Shown one piece after another: positions 11,401-19,473 of a DNA stretch of 64,000 nucleotides. This DNA is from an uncultured virus (IMG/VR IMGVR_UViG_3300043446_002182) (taxonomy: Duplodnaviria > Heunggongvirae > Uroviricota > Caudoviricetes): the IMG/VR virus record IMGVR_UViG_3300043446_002182; one strand, given 5' to 3'. Position 1 is the stretch's first letter; the number at the start of each line of letters is the position of its first letter. The translations under genes were made by a program, and so were the position numbers. Below the pieces are notes generated by a model, which ran no database searches, was not told the DNA's origin, and saw only the letters and a program-made list of their open reading frames with translations.

Positions 11401-11613
11401 AATTTGCCCAAGACGACGTTCTTGGCCTTGGATGAAGGTTTTGGCGCACTCGACCCCGAGCATTTGGCGACGATGTACACCCTATTCTCGTTCCTCAAGA
11501 GCAATTTTGACTTCGTTCTGGTGGTTTCCCACTTGGATTCGCTCAAAGATGCTGTGGATAAGCAGATTGAGTTAAAGAAAGAAGGCAACTTCTCCAAGGT
11601 GATTTTTGAGTGA
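8407..11613 (+). CDS. Fused SbcD/Mre11 nuclease - SbcC/Rad50 ATPase (gp47-gp46-like)
   Basis: DIH, GD, GNHD, HG, GDIH phosphoesterase motifs; GPNRAGKS Walker A; coiled coil with CKYC hook; SGFE signature, LDEGFGALD, VSH. Confidence 0.9.
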   Translation: MINLCNPSIKKFTHIFHVADIHIRLNKRHEEYRNVFASLYEEVKKTPETTVVAVLGDVFHSKSDLSPECVQMASDLFKNLADLRPVVLIAGNHDATLSNKNRLDSLTPIVDTLRHPNLFYFRNNGLYGFGNILFNNMGVFDPPEAYIRGNTIPDIYKNQHDHIVALFHGAVDRASMDTGYSISNPAIMVPLFDDHHIALLGDIHKRQDMQEYNPEENKPCVHYVGSMIQQNHGEALHGHGYSLWDLSTRTYEFHELPNEVGYFTIDIDKGQVTTDLTNLPKKVHLRLRCYETIAAEVKAILAKLKEKAQIIEIAYVRMDQDAEKKDVIPLCKDVVLTDLTNVEYQNKLIQEFLEKKLNIDNPTKIESILNLNRETNKSIKKDDFIRNLKWKPIRFEWDNMFTYGEGNVIDFTQMDGVYGIFGPNRAGKSSILSSLIFCLFDKFDRGSKGLHVLNVQKTSFRCKLEFEIAGIRYFIERKGAITRTGNVKVDVKFWKTVNGVDEELHGTARRDTNEVIRDYVGSYDDFILTAASFQSAKNNMSFIDMGNSERKDLLVQFIGLNVFDRLQEAANERNKELNTMLKLHKDKNYPYEKQQNENALAHADTLLAQLTSAVDSLKKQISDVNEQIVTETVNLIKLDVEVPTNITQLMERKKSQEEAVTSKKNALEGFRKLTNAKEVALSDFNAKIEQIESSNLVESHKTHRQLSDKITEVKQKIDLKKVEIKGKLEKVARLDKHEYDPNCKYCTNNSFVKDATKAKKELNEDKKDTDKMLETLDNLNVEFAKFKWVEQAYETYTKLLTDRSKIKDEVAVLSRNIIVATNELEKLEATLKNTLHQIDLYHRNDVAVDNNAKVQSKIMSYRNTLTKLDIELQRQTRAMMDISGKRELFKTNILKLSETIEEVTALEYELDSHQLYLQSVGRDGIPYQVICNTVPEIEKEVNSILSQVVDYTIQFETDGKNVVPYVVYDFGRWPIELTSGFERFVASVAIRVALTNVSNLPKTTFLALDEGFGALDPEHLATMYTLFSFLKSNFDFVLVVSHLDSLKDAVDKQIELKKEGNFSKVIFE

Positions 11614-11655
11614 TTTCGATATGTATTCATGGGGCATTGCGCCCTGTGAATACGT

Positions 11656-13932
11656 ATGGCTCAACAATTACTATCCAGTTTTGGCAAAAAAGGTGTCGAT
11701 CTCGGCCTTGACACCATGCTGGTGGACATCGAAGATACCGCAGGTTCGTCTCTTTATTTCTCCATTGCCGAATTCAACCCCGTGTTCACGGGCGGCAAAA
11801 ATCCTGTAGCTTTCAACGGGTCAGCCCTCCTTAAAGAAGGCTCAGAAATCCAAGTCGAGTGCATTGACTCGGCAGGTAATTCTCTCTACATTGAACGTCC
11901 TCGTAGCACCGTTCAATTCGCCGACGTTTCCAAGTTCATCATTTCCATCCATGTATATAACGAGACATACAATGGGGTAGGAAAACTCATTCTAGTTGGA
12001 ACTACCGCCAAAGACGAAATCGTTCGTTGGCAAGCCGACATCACGGTTGACAAAACAGTTCAGAACGCCTCAAAAGTTCGTTTCTATAACAAACCTGTTC
12101 TGGAAGCCCGCTCGCTTCTTTATCCCGTCGTTGATAACCTCGTAGGTGCAGCCCTCACATATCAATACCAACTGACAGGTTCGGTATCTTCGTTTGCTGC
12201 CACTCCTAAACGAGATACTTTGAAGAAGGTTATCAACCCAAAGAAAACCGATACCGATTACCGGCTGGTCTTGAATGTAAGTGATGCGGATTCTGCCGCA
12301 TGGTTGTATCCTACCAAGTCTTTCAATTCACAGATGGAAGGTCAGCCCATCATCGTTACGGCAAGACAAGTTCAATACCCATATTCCTACTACAATCGGT
12401 ATTCCGATGTCACTGGAAGTTTCAAGATTAAGAAGGTCATTGACAGTAAGACTGTTCAGTTGAGTGACCCTTTCTTTTTCCCGTATGGACAGAACCAAGT
12501 CGTCACCAACATCAACTACGGAACATTCACTTCTTCATACAAATGGGTGGCATACAATACGGCTTCCACAGCTTATCAAAAGTATTATCCTGTCTCGGGG
12601 TCTCCGATTACAATCAAAGAATCCTATGCGGAGATTGTGTATCGTAATCTCCGCACATTTAGCGGTTTTATCGCTCGTCACAAACTCTACCGCAAAAGTT
12701 TGGTTTTCCCCGGCGATTTCCAATTGATTGCCGACGAACCCCTCGGAGCATCAGAACTACTTGTTGACCCAATCACAGTCAACAAGAGCTATGGTCGCAT
12801 CGGAGCGTTTTACAATCAGCCCCACATTGACAAATACATCAAGACATCTACGGGGTCGGTGAGTTTAGCTTTGTCTCACTCAGTCAAGCCAATGATTGAT
12901 AGTATGAAAATTGCTGCACCAAACGGTGTCTGGCCAGATGGGACAACGTATGTCATTTTCAAGACGGGTGCGGACGGAGTTACAAACAACGATGTTTACT
13001 ATCCATATGACAGTGGCTCTTTCAATGATTTAACCGGCTCGGCGTATGCATCCAACTTTGTAAACCTCAAAGCAAACGCACTATATGTCCTATCCATGAA
13101 TGTTCTCTTGGAAAAGCCCAAGCTGGCCAAAGACTCCAAGATTACGTTCTACTTCACCAGTTCAATTGATGCCATTACTCGGGAAAAGGATTACATTTCT
13201 CCGTTTGGCTTGAAGATTGGGGAGATTGCGACGAAGGAAGAAACCGCTCTGAAAACATTTTCCGATAAGCAGTATCTTTTCTTCACTCCCAGCGAGGACT
13301 ATTACGGCACGATTGTAGCAGTTCCACATAACTGCAATGTCACCCTATCAGACTTGTCTTTGAAAGTCTATGGTGACTATGGATTCTCGCCCGATATTTT
13401 GTTCTCGAAGATTCCTTTCCGAGTCAATGTAGGTAATGAAGGATTCATTTTGAAAGCTGAGTTATTCGACGTGAACTCGACATTGGTTTACTCTGATTTG
13501 CAAACAATTCAATCATTTGATACTCAGGGTGAAAGTTTGTTCGTTTACATTCCAAACTCAAATCTTGACCCAACCAAAGTTCAGTATATCTCAGGAAGCT
13601 TGACAATCTCTCAAAGTCTTTTCCTCCCAAACATTCCATCCTGTCCATCAAGCAATACTCGGCTGTTGGCATGGAACGTTCCGTCTCATACCCCACCACG
13701 TTCTTCAGAAGGTCAGGTTTGTTATACAAACGTGTCTCAACTGAAGATTAGCACGGTTGGCGATGGAACTTCTATCGCTGGGGATTATTTGAAACTTGGA
13801 ACTGTGGCATTCTCGGGGTCAACTCTGGTCGAAAGTATAGCAACCGCACTTTCTATAAAGTATGACGGGGCAAATAACCGAGGCCGGAAGATAATAATCA
13901 ACAATTCCGGGTCAAAAACATCATATCCATGA
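11656..13932 (+). CDS. Putative virion structural protein
   Basis: 758-aa beta-rich Ser/Thr-rich ORF after an ATATGTAT motif; no catalytic motif recognised. Confidence 0.55.
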   Translation: MAQQLLSSFGKKGVDLGLDTMLVDIEDTAGSSLYFSIAEFNPVFTGGKNPVAFNGSALLKEGSEIQVECIDSAGNSLYIERPRSTVQFADVSKFIISIHVYNETYNGVGKLILVGTTAKDEIVRWQADITVDKTVQNASKVRFYNKPVLEARSLLYPVVDNLVGAALTYQYQLTGSVSSFAATPKRDTLKKVINPKKTDTDYRLVLNVSDADSAAWLYPTKSFNSQMEGQPIIVTARQVQYPYSYYNRYSDVTGSFKIKKVIDSKTVQLSDPFFFPYGQNQVVTNINYGTFTSSYKWVAYNTASTAYQKYYPVSGSPITIKESYAEIVYRNLRTFSGFIARHKLYRKSLVFPGDFQLIADEPLGASELLVDPITVNKSYGRIGAFYNQPHIDKYIKTSTGSVSLALSHSVKPMIDSMKIAAPNGVWPDGTTYVIFKTGADGVTNNDVYYPYDSGSFNDLTGSAYASNFVNLKANALYVLSMNVLLEKPKLAKDSKITFYFTSSIDAITREKDYISPFGLKIGEIATKEETALKTFSDKQYLFFTPSEDYYGTIVAVPHNCNVTLSDLSLKVYGDYGFSPDILFSKIPFRVNVGNEGFILKAELFDVNSTLVYSDLQTIQSFDTQGESLFVYIPNSNLDPTKVQYISGSLTISQSLFLPNIPSCPSSNTRLLAWNVPSHTPPRSSEGQVCYTNVSQLKISTVGDGTSIAGDYLKLGTVAFSGSTLVESIATALSIKYDGANNRGRKIIINNSGSKTSYP

Positions 13933-13983
13933 TGCTTTCAATGGCCATACAATATGTATGCCTGTATCTAAAGGTTCACAGTT

Positions 13984-14655
13984 ATGAAGCGATGCAAAGG
14001 TAAAAGTAACATTGATATTGTTAAGGACTACGTTGCCGGTGTACGTCCGTTCACAGAACTCTCCATGCATATCTCTGAAGACCAGAGGTATCGTCACGAA
14101 GGCGAAAAATGGACAGACACCAAAGGCATTCAGTGGCAAAAGCTGAATGGCAAAAACGTGCGTCTTACAAAGACTCAAGGCGATGTCATTCGAGAGGCCA
14201 TCGGTGATGGCTTGGACTGCAAAGAATGTGGTGCCAAGTATAAGTGGGTGAATCGAATTGACCGAAAGATGATTGGTCGAACCAGCTTATGCCAAGACTG
14301 TCTGGTTGATTACGAAACCAAACTTCGCATTCTCGGCATTTACGACTTGTATGAAAAATACCGCCTTGCCTCTTATGAGTTGGGATATTTGAAAACCCTC
14401 AAACTCAAAATCAAAGAGACGTTGGACTATTTTCAACGCACGGAAGGAGACGTAACCACGCTTCCTGAAAGTGAGTATGATGAAGCAATCGTCTGGAAAA
14501 ACACCAACAAGGACAAGATTGTTGCCGATGCGGAAGCCGATTTGAAGAATGTCGAAGAACTCTTGACTAAGGGCGTTCCTATGACGGCTGAGTTCAAAAA
14601 AGCATATTTGGAAGCCATTGCCAAGTATGACCTGAAAGACATCATCACCAGTTAA
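13984..14655 (+). CDS. Hypothetical protein upstream of terminase (CxxC pairs)
   Basis: 223 aa; CKEC and CQDC; ends 1 nt before terminase start. Confidence 0.65.
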   Translation: MKRCKGKSNIDIVKDYVAGVRPFTELSMHISEDQRYRHEGEKWTDTKGIQWQKLNGKNVRLTKTQGDVIREAIGDGLDCKECGAKYKWVNRIDRKMIGRTSLCQDCLVDYETKLRILGIYDLYEKYRLASYELGYLKTLKLKIKETLDYFQRTEGDVTTLPESEYDEAIVWKNTNKDKIVADAEADLKNVEELLTKGVPMTAEFKKAYLEAIAKYDLKDIITS

Positions 14656-14656
14656 T

Positions 14657-16312
14657 ATGGCCGAAGAGAAGAAACAACTGACTCTTCAAGAACTTATCCG
14701 TGAAGAGTATAAGAAATGCGCTGCCTCGCCAGTGTATTTCATGAAACACTACGTAAAGATTCAACATCCTATTCGTGGTAGCATCCTCTTTGACCTATAC
14801 CCTTTCCAAGAGCAGACCCTCCAAGATTTTGCTGATTACAAGTTCAACATCATCTTGAAGTCTCGTCAGATGGGCATTTCAACCCTCGTTGCCGCTTACT
14901 CTCTGTGGCTGATGATTTTCAACAAGGACAAGAACATCCTGTTGATTTCTTTGAAGCAAGAAGACGCCAAGGAAGTTATCACCAAGGTTCGATTCGCCAA
15001 TGAAAACTTGCCTACGTGGTTGAAGATGAAGTGTCTTGAAGACAATCGTCTCTCACTTAAGTATGCAAATGGTTCCGGTATTAAGGCCGCATCCACGACC
15101 AAGAAATCCGGTGTCGGTCAAGCACTTTCGCTTCTGATTATTGACGAAGCTGGCCTCATTGACGAAGCTGAAGAACTCTGGACTTCTGCACAACCTACAT
15201 TGTCCACTGGTGGTAACGCCATCATTTTGTCCACGCCTCGTGGTGTCGGTAACTGGTTCCACAAAATGTGGGTTGGAGCAGAAGAAGGTGGAGACCCTGT
15301 AAAGAAAATCGGTAAGAACGGGTTTCATCCAATCAAGCTGCCGTGGCATCTACACCCCGAGCGTGACCAGACGTGGCGTGACATCGAAGGTGCAAAACAA
15401 GGCAATCCAAAAAAGGCAGCACAAGAATTTGATTGCGATTTCTTGGCAACGGGTGATAACGTCGTTGATTTGGCCATCATTGAATTCTACAAAAAAACCA
15501 AGCGTTGCGACCCTGTGGCAATTGGAGAGTTCTGTCGAGACTTGTGGAAATGGCAACCGCCCGACTATAGTCATAGTTACATTGTGTGCGCTGACGTGGC
15601 TCGTGGCGATGGAGCAGACTTTTCTGCGGCACATGTGCTTGACATTTCAACATCCGCCCCAACCCAAGTAGCCGAATACAAAGGCCAAATGGGAACCAAA
15701 GAATATGGAAATTTCTTGGTATCCTTGGCGACTGAATACAACAGTGCCTTGCTTATTATTGAACGTGAAAACATCGGTTGGGCAGCTATTCAAGCGGTCA
15801 TTGACCGTGGGTATCCAAACCTGTTCTACAGTTCTGCCGATTTGAAATATGTTGATGTGCAACGTCAACTTTCCAACAAGTATGATTCCGAAGACAAGAA
15901 AATTGTGCCGGGATTCAGCACGAATATAAAAACTCGCCCATTGGTTATTGCTCACTTGGAACAATTCTTCCGTGAGAAAGCCATTGAAATCTATTCTCAA
16001 CGCACACTCTCCGAGTTGGAGACGTTCATTTGGAAGAATGGTAAGGCACAGGCAATGCAAGGCTACAACGATGACTTGGTTATGGCATTGGGCATCGGCC
16101 TGTGGGTGCGTGACACCGCCCTTCGGTTGCGTCAAGAAGGCATTGACCTTACCCGTGCGACTATTGGTCTCATCAATCGAAATAAAATTGATACTGTGCC
16201 TGTTTACAAGCAAAACCAAGCTCAAATGGTCAAGAAAGCATGGGAAATGCAAACTGGCCGTCAAGGGCCGGGGCAGCACGGCACAGAGGATATTAAGTGG
16301 CTTTTGGGTTAA
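14657..16312 (+). CDS. Terminase large subunit (gp17-like)
   Basis: KSRQMGIST Walker A, LLIIDEA Walker B, STPRG, ADVARG and DDLVMAL nuclease motifs. Confidence 0.95.
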   Translation: MAEEKKQLTLQELIREEYKKCAASPVYFMKHYVKIQHPIRGSILFDLYPFQEQTLQDFADYKFNIILKSRQMGISTLVAAYSLWLMIFNKDKNILLISLKQEDAKEVITKVRFANENLPTWLKMKCLEDNRLSLKYANGSGIKAASTTKKSGVGQALSLLIIDEAGLIDEAEELWTSAQPTLSTGGNAIILSTPRGVGNWFHKMWVGAEEGGDPVKKIGKNGFHPIKLPWHLHPERDQTWRDIEGAKQGNPKKAAQEFDCDFLATGDNVVDLAIIEFYKKTKRCDPVAIGEFCRDLWKWQPPDYSHSYIVCADVARGDGADFSAAHVLDISTSAPTQVAEYKGQMGTKEYGNFLVSLATEYNSALLIIERENIGWAAIQAVIDRGYPNLFYSSADLKYVDVQRQLSNKYDSEDKKIVPGFSTNIKTRPLVIAHLEQFFREKAIEIYSQRTLSELETFIWKNGKAQAMQGYNDDLVMALGIGLWVRDTALRLRQEGIDLTRATIGLINRNKIDTVPVYKQNQAQMVKKAWEMQTGRQGPGQHGTEDIKWLLG

Positions 16313-16318
16313 AATAAC

Positions 16319-16327
16319 ATATTTATA
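16319..16327 (+). promoter_or_regulatory. Putative late promoter motif ATATTTATA
   Basis: Same motif precedes at least 14 genes on their coding strand. Confidence 0.6.
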
Positions 16328-16378
16328 CATGGAGTTTTACACTCCTAACACATACACACAACGATAGAGGAACAAAAT

Positions 16379-18499
16379 ATGGCAAATACACCAAATCAAC
16401 AGCCTTTCGAGGACGAAATCATAGATGTAAAAAAGCAATCTCTCTATGCGAGATTGAAGCGTCTTTTTTCTACGGATGTCATTGTCCGTAATGTCGGTGG
16501 TAAGCAAATCAAGGTTAAAGATACCGACAACATCATGTATGCAACGGATCGCAATTCATTGCGTGACCGTTTCAACCGTATTCGTTCCACTGCCTACAAC
16601 GCCTACACTCGTGATTTTTCTCTTTCGTATCAAGCTGCCCGCATGGATTTGTTCCGTGATTATGATACGATGGACATGGACCCCATCATTTCATCTGCCC
16701 TCGACATTTATGCTGACGAATGTCTGACTTACAATGAAATGGGTAAGATGTTGACCGTTCACTCGAAGAACAACAACGTCAAGCAGATTCTTGAAAACCT
16801 TTTCGACGACATCTTGAACATCCGTTTCAATTTGTGGTCTTGGGTTCGTAACATGACTAAGTATGGAGATTTCTATCTGAAACTCTATATCACCCCCGAA
16901 TACGGTATCTACATGGTTGAACCAATCTCGGCTTACAACGTGGAACGTATCGAAAACTCAGACCCATACAACAAACGCTACGTCAAGTTCCAAATTCGCC
17001 CAACCGACACGGCTCAGTCCGAAGTCTTGGAGAACTACGAAATGGCACACTTCCGTTTGTTGTCTGATAGCAATTTCTTGCCTTATGGTAAGGGTATGAT
17101 TGAAGGTGCTCGCCGTGTGTGGAAGCAGCTTTCCTTGATGGAAGACGCTATGCTTATCCACCGTATCATGCGTGCCCCTGAAAAGCGTATTTTCTACACC
17201 GACATCGGAAACATTCCTCCTGCTGAAGTTGATACCTACATGCAGAAGATGATGGATAAGATGAAGAAAGTCCCATACATGGACGAGCAGACGGGCGAAT
17301 ACAACCTTCGCTTTAACCTGCAAAACATGGTGGAAGACTACTACATCCCCGTTCGTGGTGGTGACAGCGGAACGAAGATTGATACTTTGGGCGGCATGGA
17401 GTGGACTGGCACGGAAGATATTGAATATCTCCGCAACAAGATGATGGCTGCTCTCAAGATTCCAAAGGCATTCCTTGGCTATGAAGAAGGTATTTCAGGC
17501 AAGGCAACCTTGGCATCGGAAGACGTTCGCTTTGCCCGCACCATTCAACGTTTGCAACGCATCATTTGCTCAGAGTTGACCAAGATTGCTATCGTCCATT
17601 TGTATTCGCAAGGATACCGTGACGAGTCATTGGTGGACTTTGAATTGGAGTTGACGAATCCTTCGACGATTTTCGAGAAGGAACAACTTGAGATTTGGCA
17701 AGATAAGGTTGCAGTTGCGACCGACATGATTGAGAACAAGTTGTTCTCGTTCGACTGGATTTACAAAAACATCTTCCACATGTCTGAAGACGACATCAAG
17801 CAAGTTCGTGAGGAAGTTGTTGAAGACGCCAAGCAGCGTTACCGTTTCAACTCTATTGAAGAGGACGGTGATGACCCAGCGAAACCATTCCGCAAAATCA
17901 AGCCTTCAGGTGGAGACAAGGGTGAAGAGGGTGGTGGAGACGAAGGTGGAGACTTGGGCGGATTGGGTGGCTTGGGTGGTGGCGGTGGCGGCAAGAAGAG
18001 TGGTGGCGGCGGCAGTGGTGCCGACATTGACCTTGATGCCTTGGCTGGCGATGAAGGTGGAGGGGAAGGTGGAAAGGGTGGAGAAACTGACATCCCGGGC
18101 GAAGAAGGTAGTCCTGAAGACTTGGTTAAAGAAATTGTGGACGACCGTGACCGTTCCGACCGTGACCAGAGTGACCGTGACCAGAGTGGAGAGCATGATG
18201 CAAATTCACATCGTTTCGGCGAAGACCCTCTTGGACGCCTTGAACGGTCAACTCAACCACGTAAAAATAGTGAAGGTAAGCCCGCCAGTGCTATCGCACA
18301 TAACTTTGAAAAAGGGTCTCCATTGAGACTTCAAGAGAACTCACCCGAACCCAAAAAGAAGAAGATGGATTCAGAAGTCATCCGCAATTTGGCTGAGTTT
18401 TTGAAGAAAAGTCAGGGGCAAACACAGTTGGAATTGTTAAGCGAAAATCAAATACAAAACCGTAAATCAATGTTGGACGAGGGCAACATTTTAGAATAA
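16379..18499 (+). CDS. Portal protein (gp20-like) with acidic Gly-rich C-terminal extension
   Basis: LMEDAMLIHRIMRAPEKRIFYTDIGN, EDYYIPVRGG, ALKIPKAFL; follows terminase. Confidence 0.95.
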   Translation: MANTPNQQPFEDEIIDVKKQSLYARLKRLFSTDVIVRNVGGKQIKVKDTDNIMYATDRNSLRDRFNRIRSTAYNAYTRDFSLSYQAARMDLFRDYDTMDMDPIISSALDIYADECLTYNEMGKMLTVHSKNNNVKQILENLFDDILNIRFNLWSWVRNMTKYGDFYLKLYITPEYGIYMVEPISAYNVERIENSDPYNKRYVKFQIRPTDTAQSEVLENYEMAHFRLLSDSNFLPYGKGMIEGARRVWKQLSLMEDAMLIHRIMRAPEKRIFYTDIGNIPPAEVDTYMQKMMDKMKKVPYMDEQTGEYNLRFNLQNMVEDYYIPVRGGDSGTKIDTLGGMEWTGTEDIEYLRNKMMAALKIPKAFLGYEEGISGKATLASEDVRFARTIQRLQRIICSELTKIAIVHLYSQGYRDESLVDFELELTNPSTIFEKEQLEIWQDKVAVATDMIENKLFSFDWIYKNIFHMSEDDIKQVREEVVEDAKQRYRFNSIEEDGDDPAKPFRKIKPSGGDKGEEGGGDEGGDLGGLGGLGGGGGGKKSGGGGSGADIDLDALAGDEGGGEGGKGGETDIPGEEGSPEDLVKEIVDDRDRSDRDQSDRDQSGEHDANSHRFGEDPLGRLERSTQPRKNSEGKPASAIAHNFEKGSPLRLQENSPEPKKKKMDSEVIRNLAEFLKKSQGQTQLELLSENQIQNRKSMLDEGNILE
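18143..18187 (+). repeat. Short 15-nt tandem repeat in portal tail (DRD[RQ]S x3)
   Basis: gaccgtgaccgttcc gaccgtgaccagagt gaccgtgaccagagt. Confidence 0.6.
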
Positions 18500-18544
18500 G
18501 TCCCAATACGTTCACATTTACGTAGATTTTCACTTTTCAATCTC

Positions 18545-18553
18545 ATATTTATA
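18545..18553 (+). promoter_or_regulatory. Putative late promoter motif ATATTTATA
   Basis: Intergenic, upstream of 18580. Confidence 0.6.
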
Positions 18554-18579
18554 ATTAAGTTGACGAGTAACGTAATACT

Positions 18580-19473
18580 ATGCAGAAAAGAATGCGACAT
18601 TCCAAATTTAGAAATACCGGCATTTTGTTTGAACTTCTGACCAAACAAGTCACCGCCGATATTATCGCAGGTAAGGAAACATCCATTGCTAAAGACTTGC
18701 TCCACAAGTATTTTCGGGAAAATACCGAGCTTGGGCAAGAGTGGCAATTGTATAGCTCCCTGTTGAATGAGAAAATCAAAGATGACAGTCATGCCGAACG
18801 ATTTTTGAATGTCGTTGTCGAAGCTCGCAAAAAACTCAACAACAAAAAACTCGCCCAACTCAAGTTTGACTTAATCAAGGAGATAAAGGAAACCTATCCG
18901 ATTGATGAAATGTTGAAGGCACCTGTTCGTAACTATCGAGTGCTGGCTTCCATCTACAAGATTTTTGAAGACGTAACATCCTCGGAATGTAAGTTTGATG
19001 TCAAAGAAGTGTATCAATCAAAAAACTGCATAGTTGAACACGTCGTTGACAAGCCAAAAGCTACTCGTTCCGAAGACGAACTCATCAACTATTATCAGAC
19101 TCAGACTGAGGATATACGTCTTCTTACTTACAAACTTCTGGTCGAGAAATTCAACGAGCGTTATGCTGGGGTTCTCGACGATGGTCAGAAGTCGGTTTTG
19201 CGTGAATACATCTGCAACGTCGCTAACACGAATAACTTTGACGTTTTCGTGAAAAGCAAAGTTGCCGAAATCAAGAAATCTCTCACTGAGACCCTTGGTA
19301 AAATCAAAGACTCTGACGTTACCAAGATTAAAATCCGTGAGGTTGTCAATCAACTGGATAAAATCAATCCGGGCAAACTCGTCAAGGATAATCACGTAAT
19401 GGTGTTGATGCTCTCCTACGAATTGCTTAAGGAAGTCCAGAAGCAGACGGAAGGCGCATCCAATGTCATCTAA
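18580..19473 (+). CDS. Helical head-module protein (possible prohead core component)
   Basis: 297 aa, HSKFRNTGILFELL N-terminus; lies between portal and prohead protease. Confidence 0.6.
   Translation: MQKRMRHSKFRNTGILFELLTKQVTADIIAGKETSIAKDLLHKYFRENTELGQEWQLYSSLLNEKIKDDSHAERFLNVVVEARKKLNNKKLAQLKFDLIKEIKETYPIDEMLKAPVRNYRVLASIYKIFEDVTSSECKFDVKEVYQSKNCIVEHVVDKPKATRSEDELINYYQTQTEDIRLLTYKLLVEKFNERYAGVLDDGQKSVLREYICNVANTNNFDVFVKSKVAEIKKSLTETLGKIKDSDVTKIKIREVVNQLDKINPGKLVKDNHVMVLMLSYELLKEVQKQTEGASNVI

Noticed and set aside
14657..18499. Inteins or introns in terminase and portal
   Set aside because: Both are uninterrupted with no intein terminal motifs noticed
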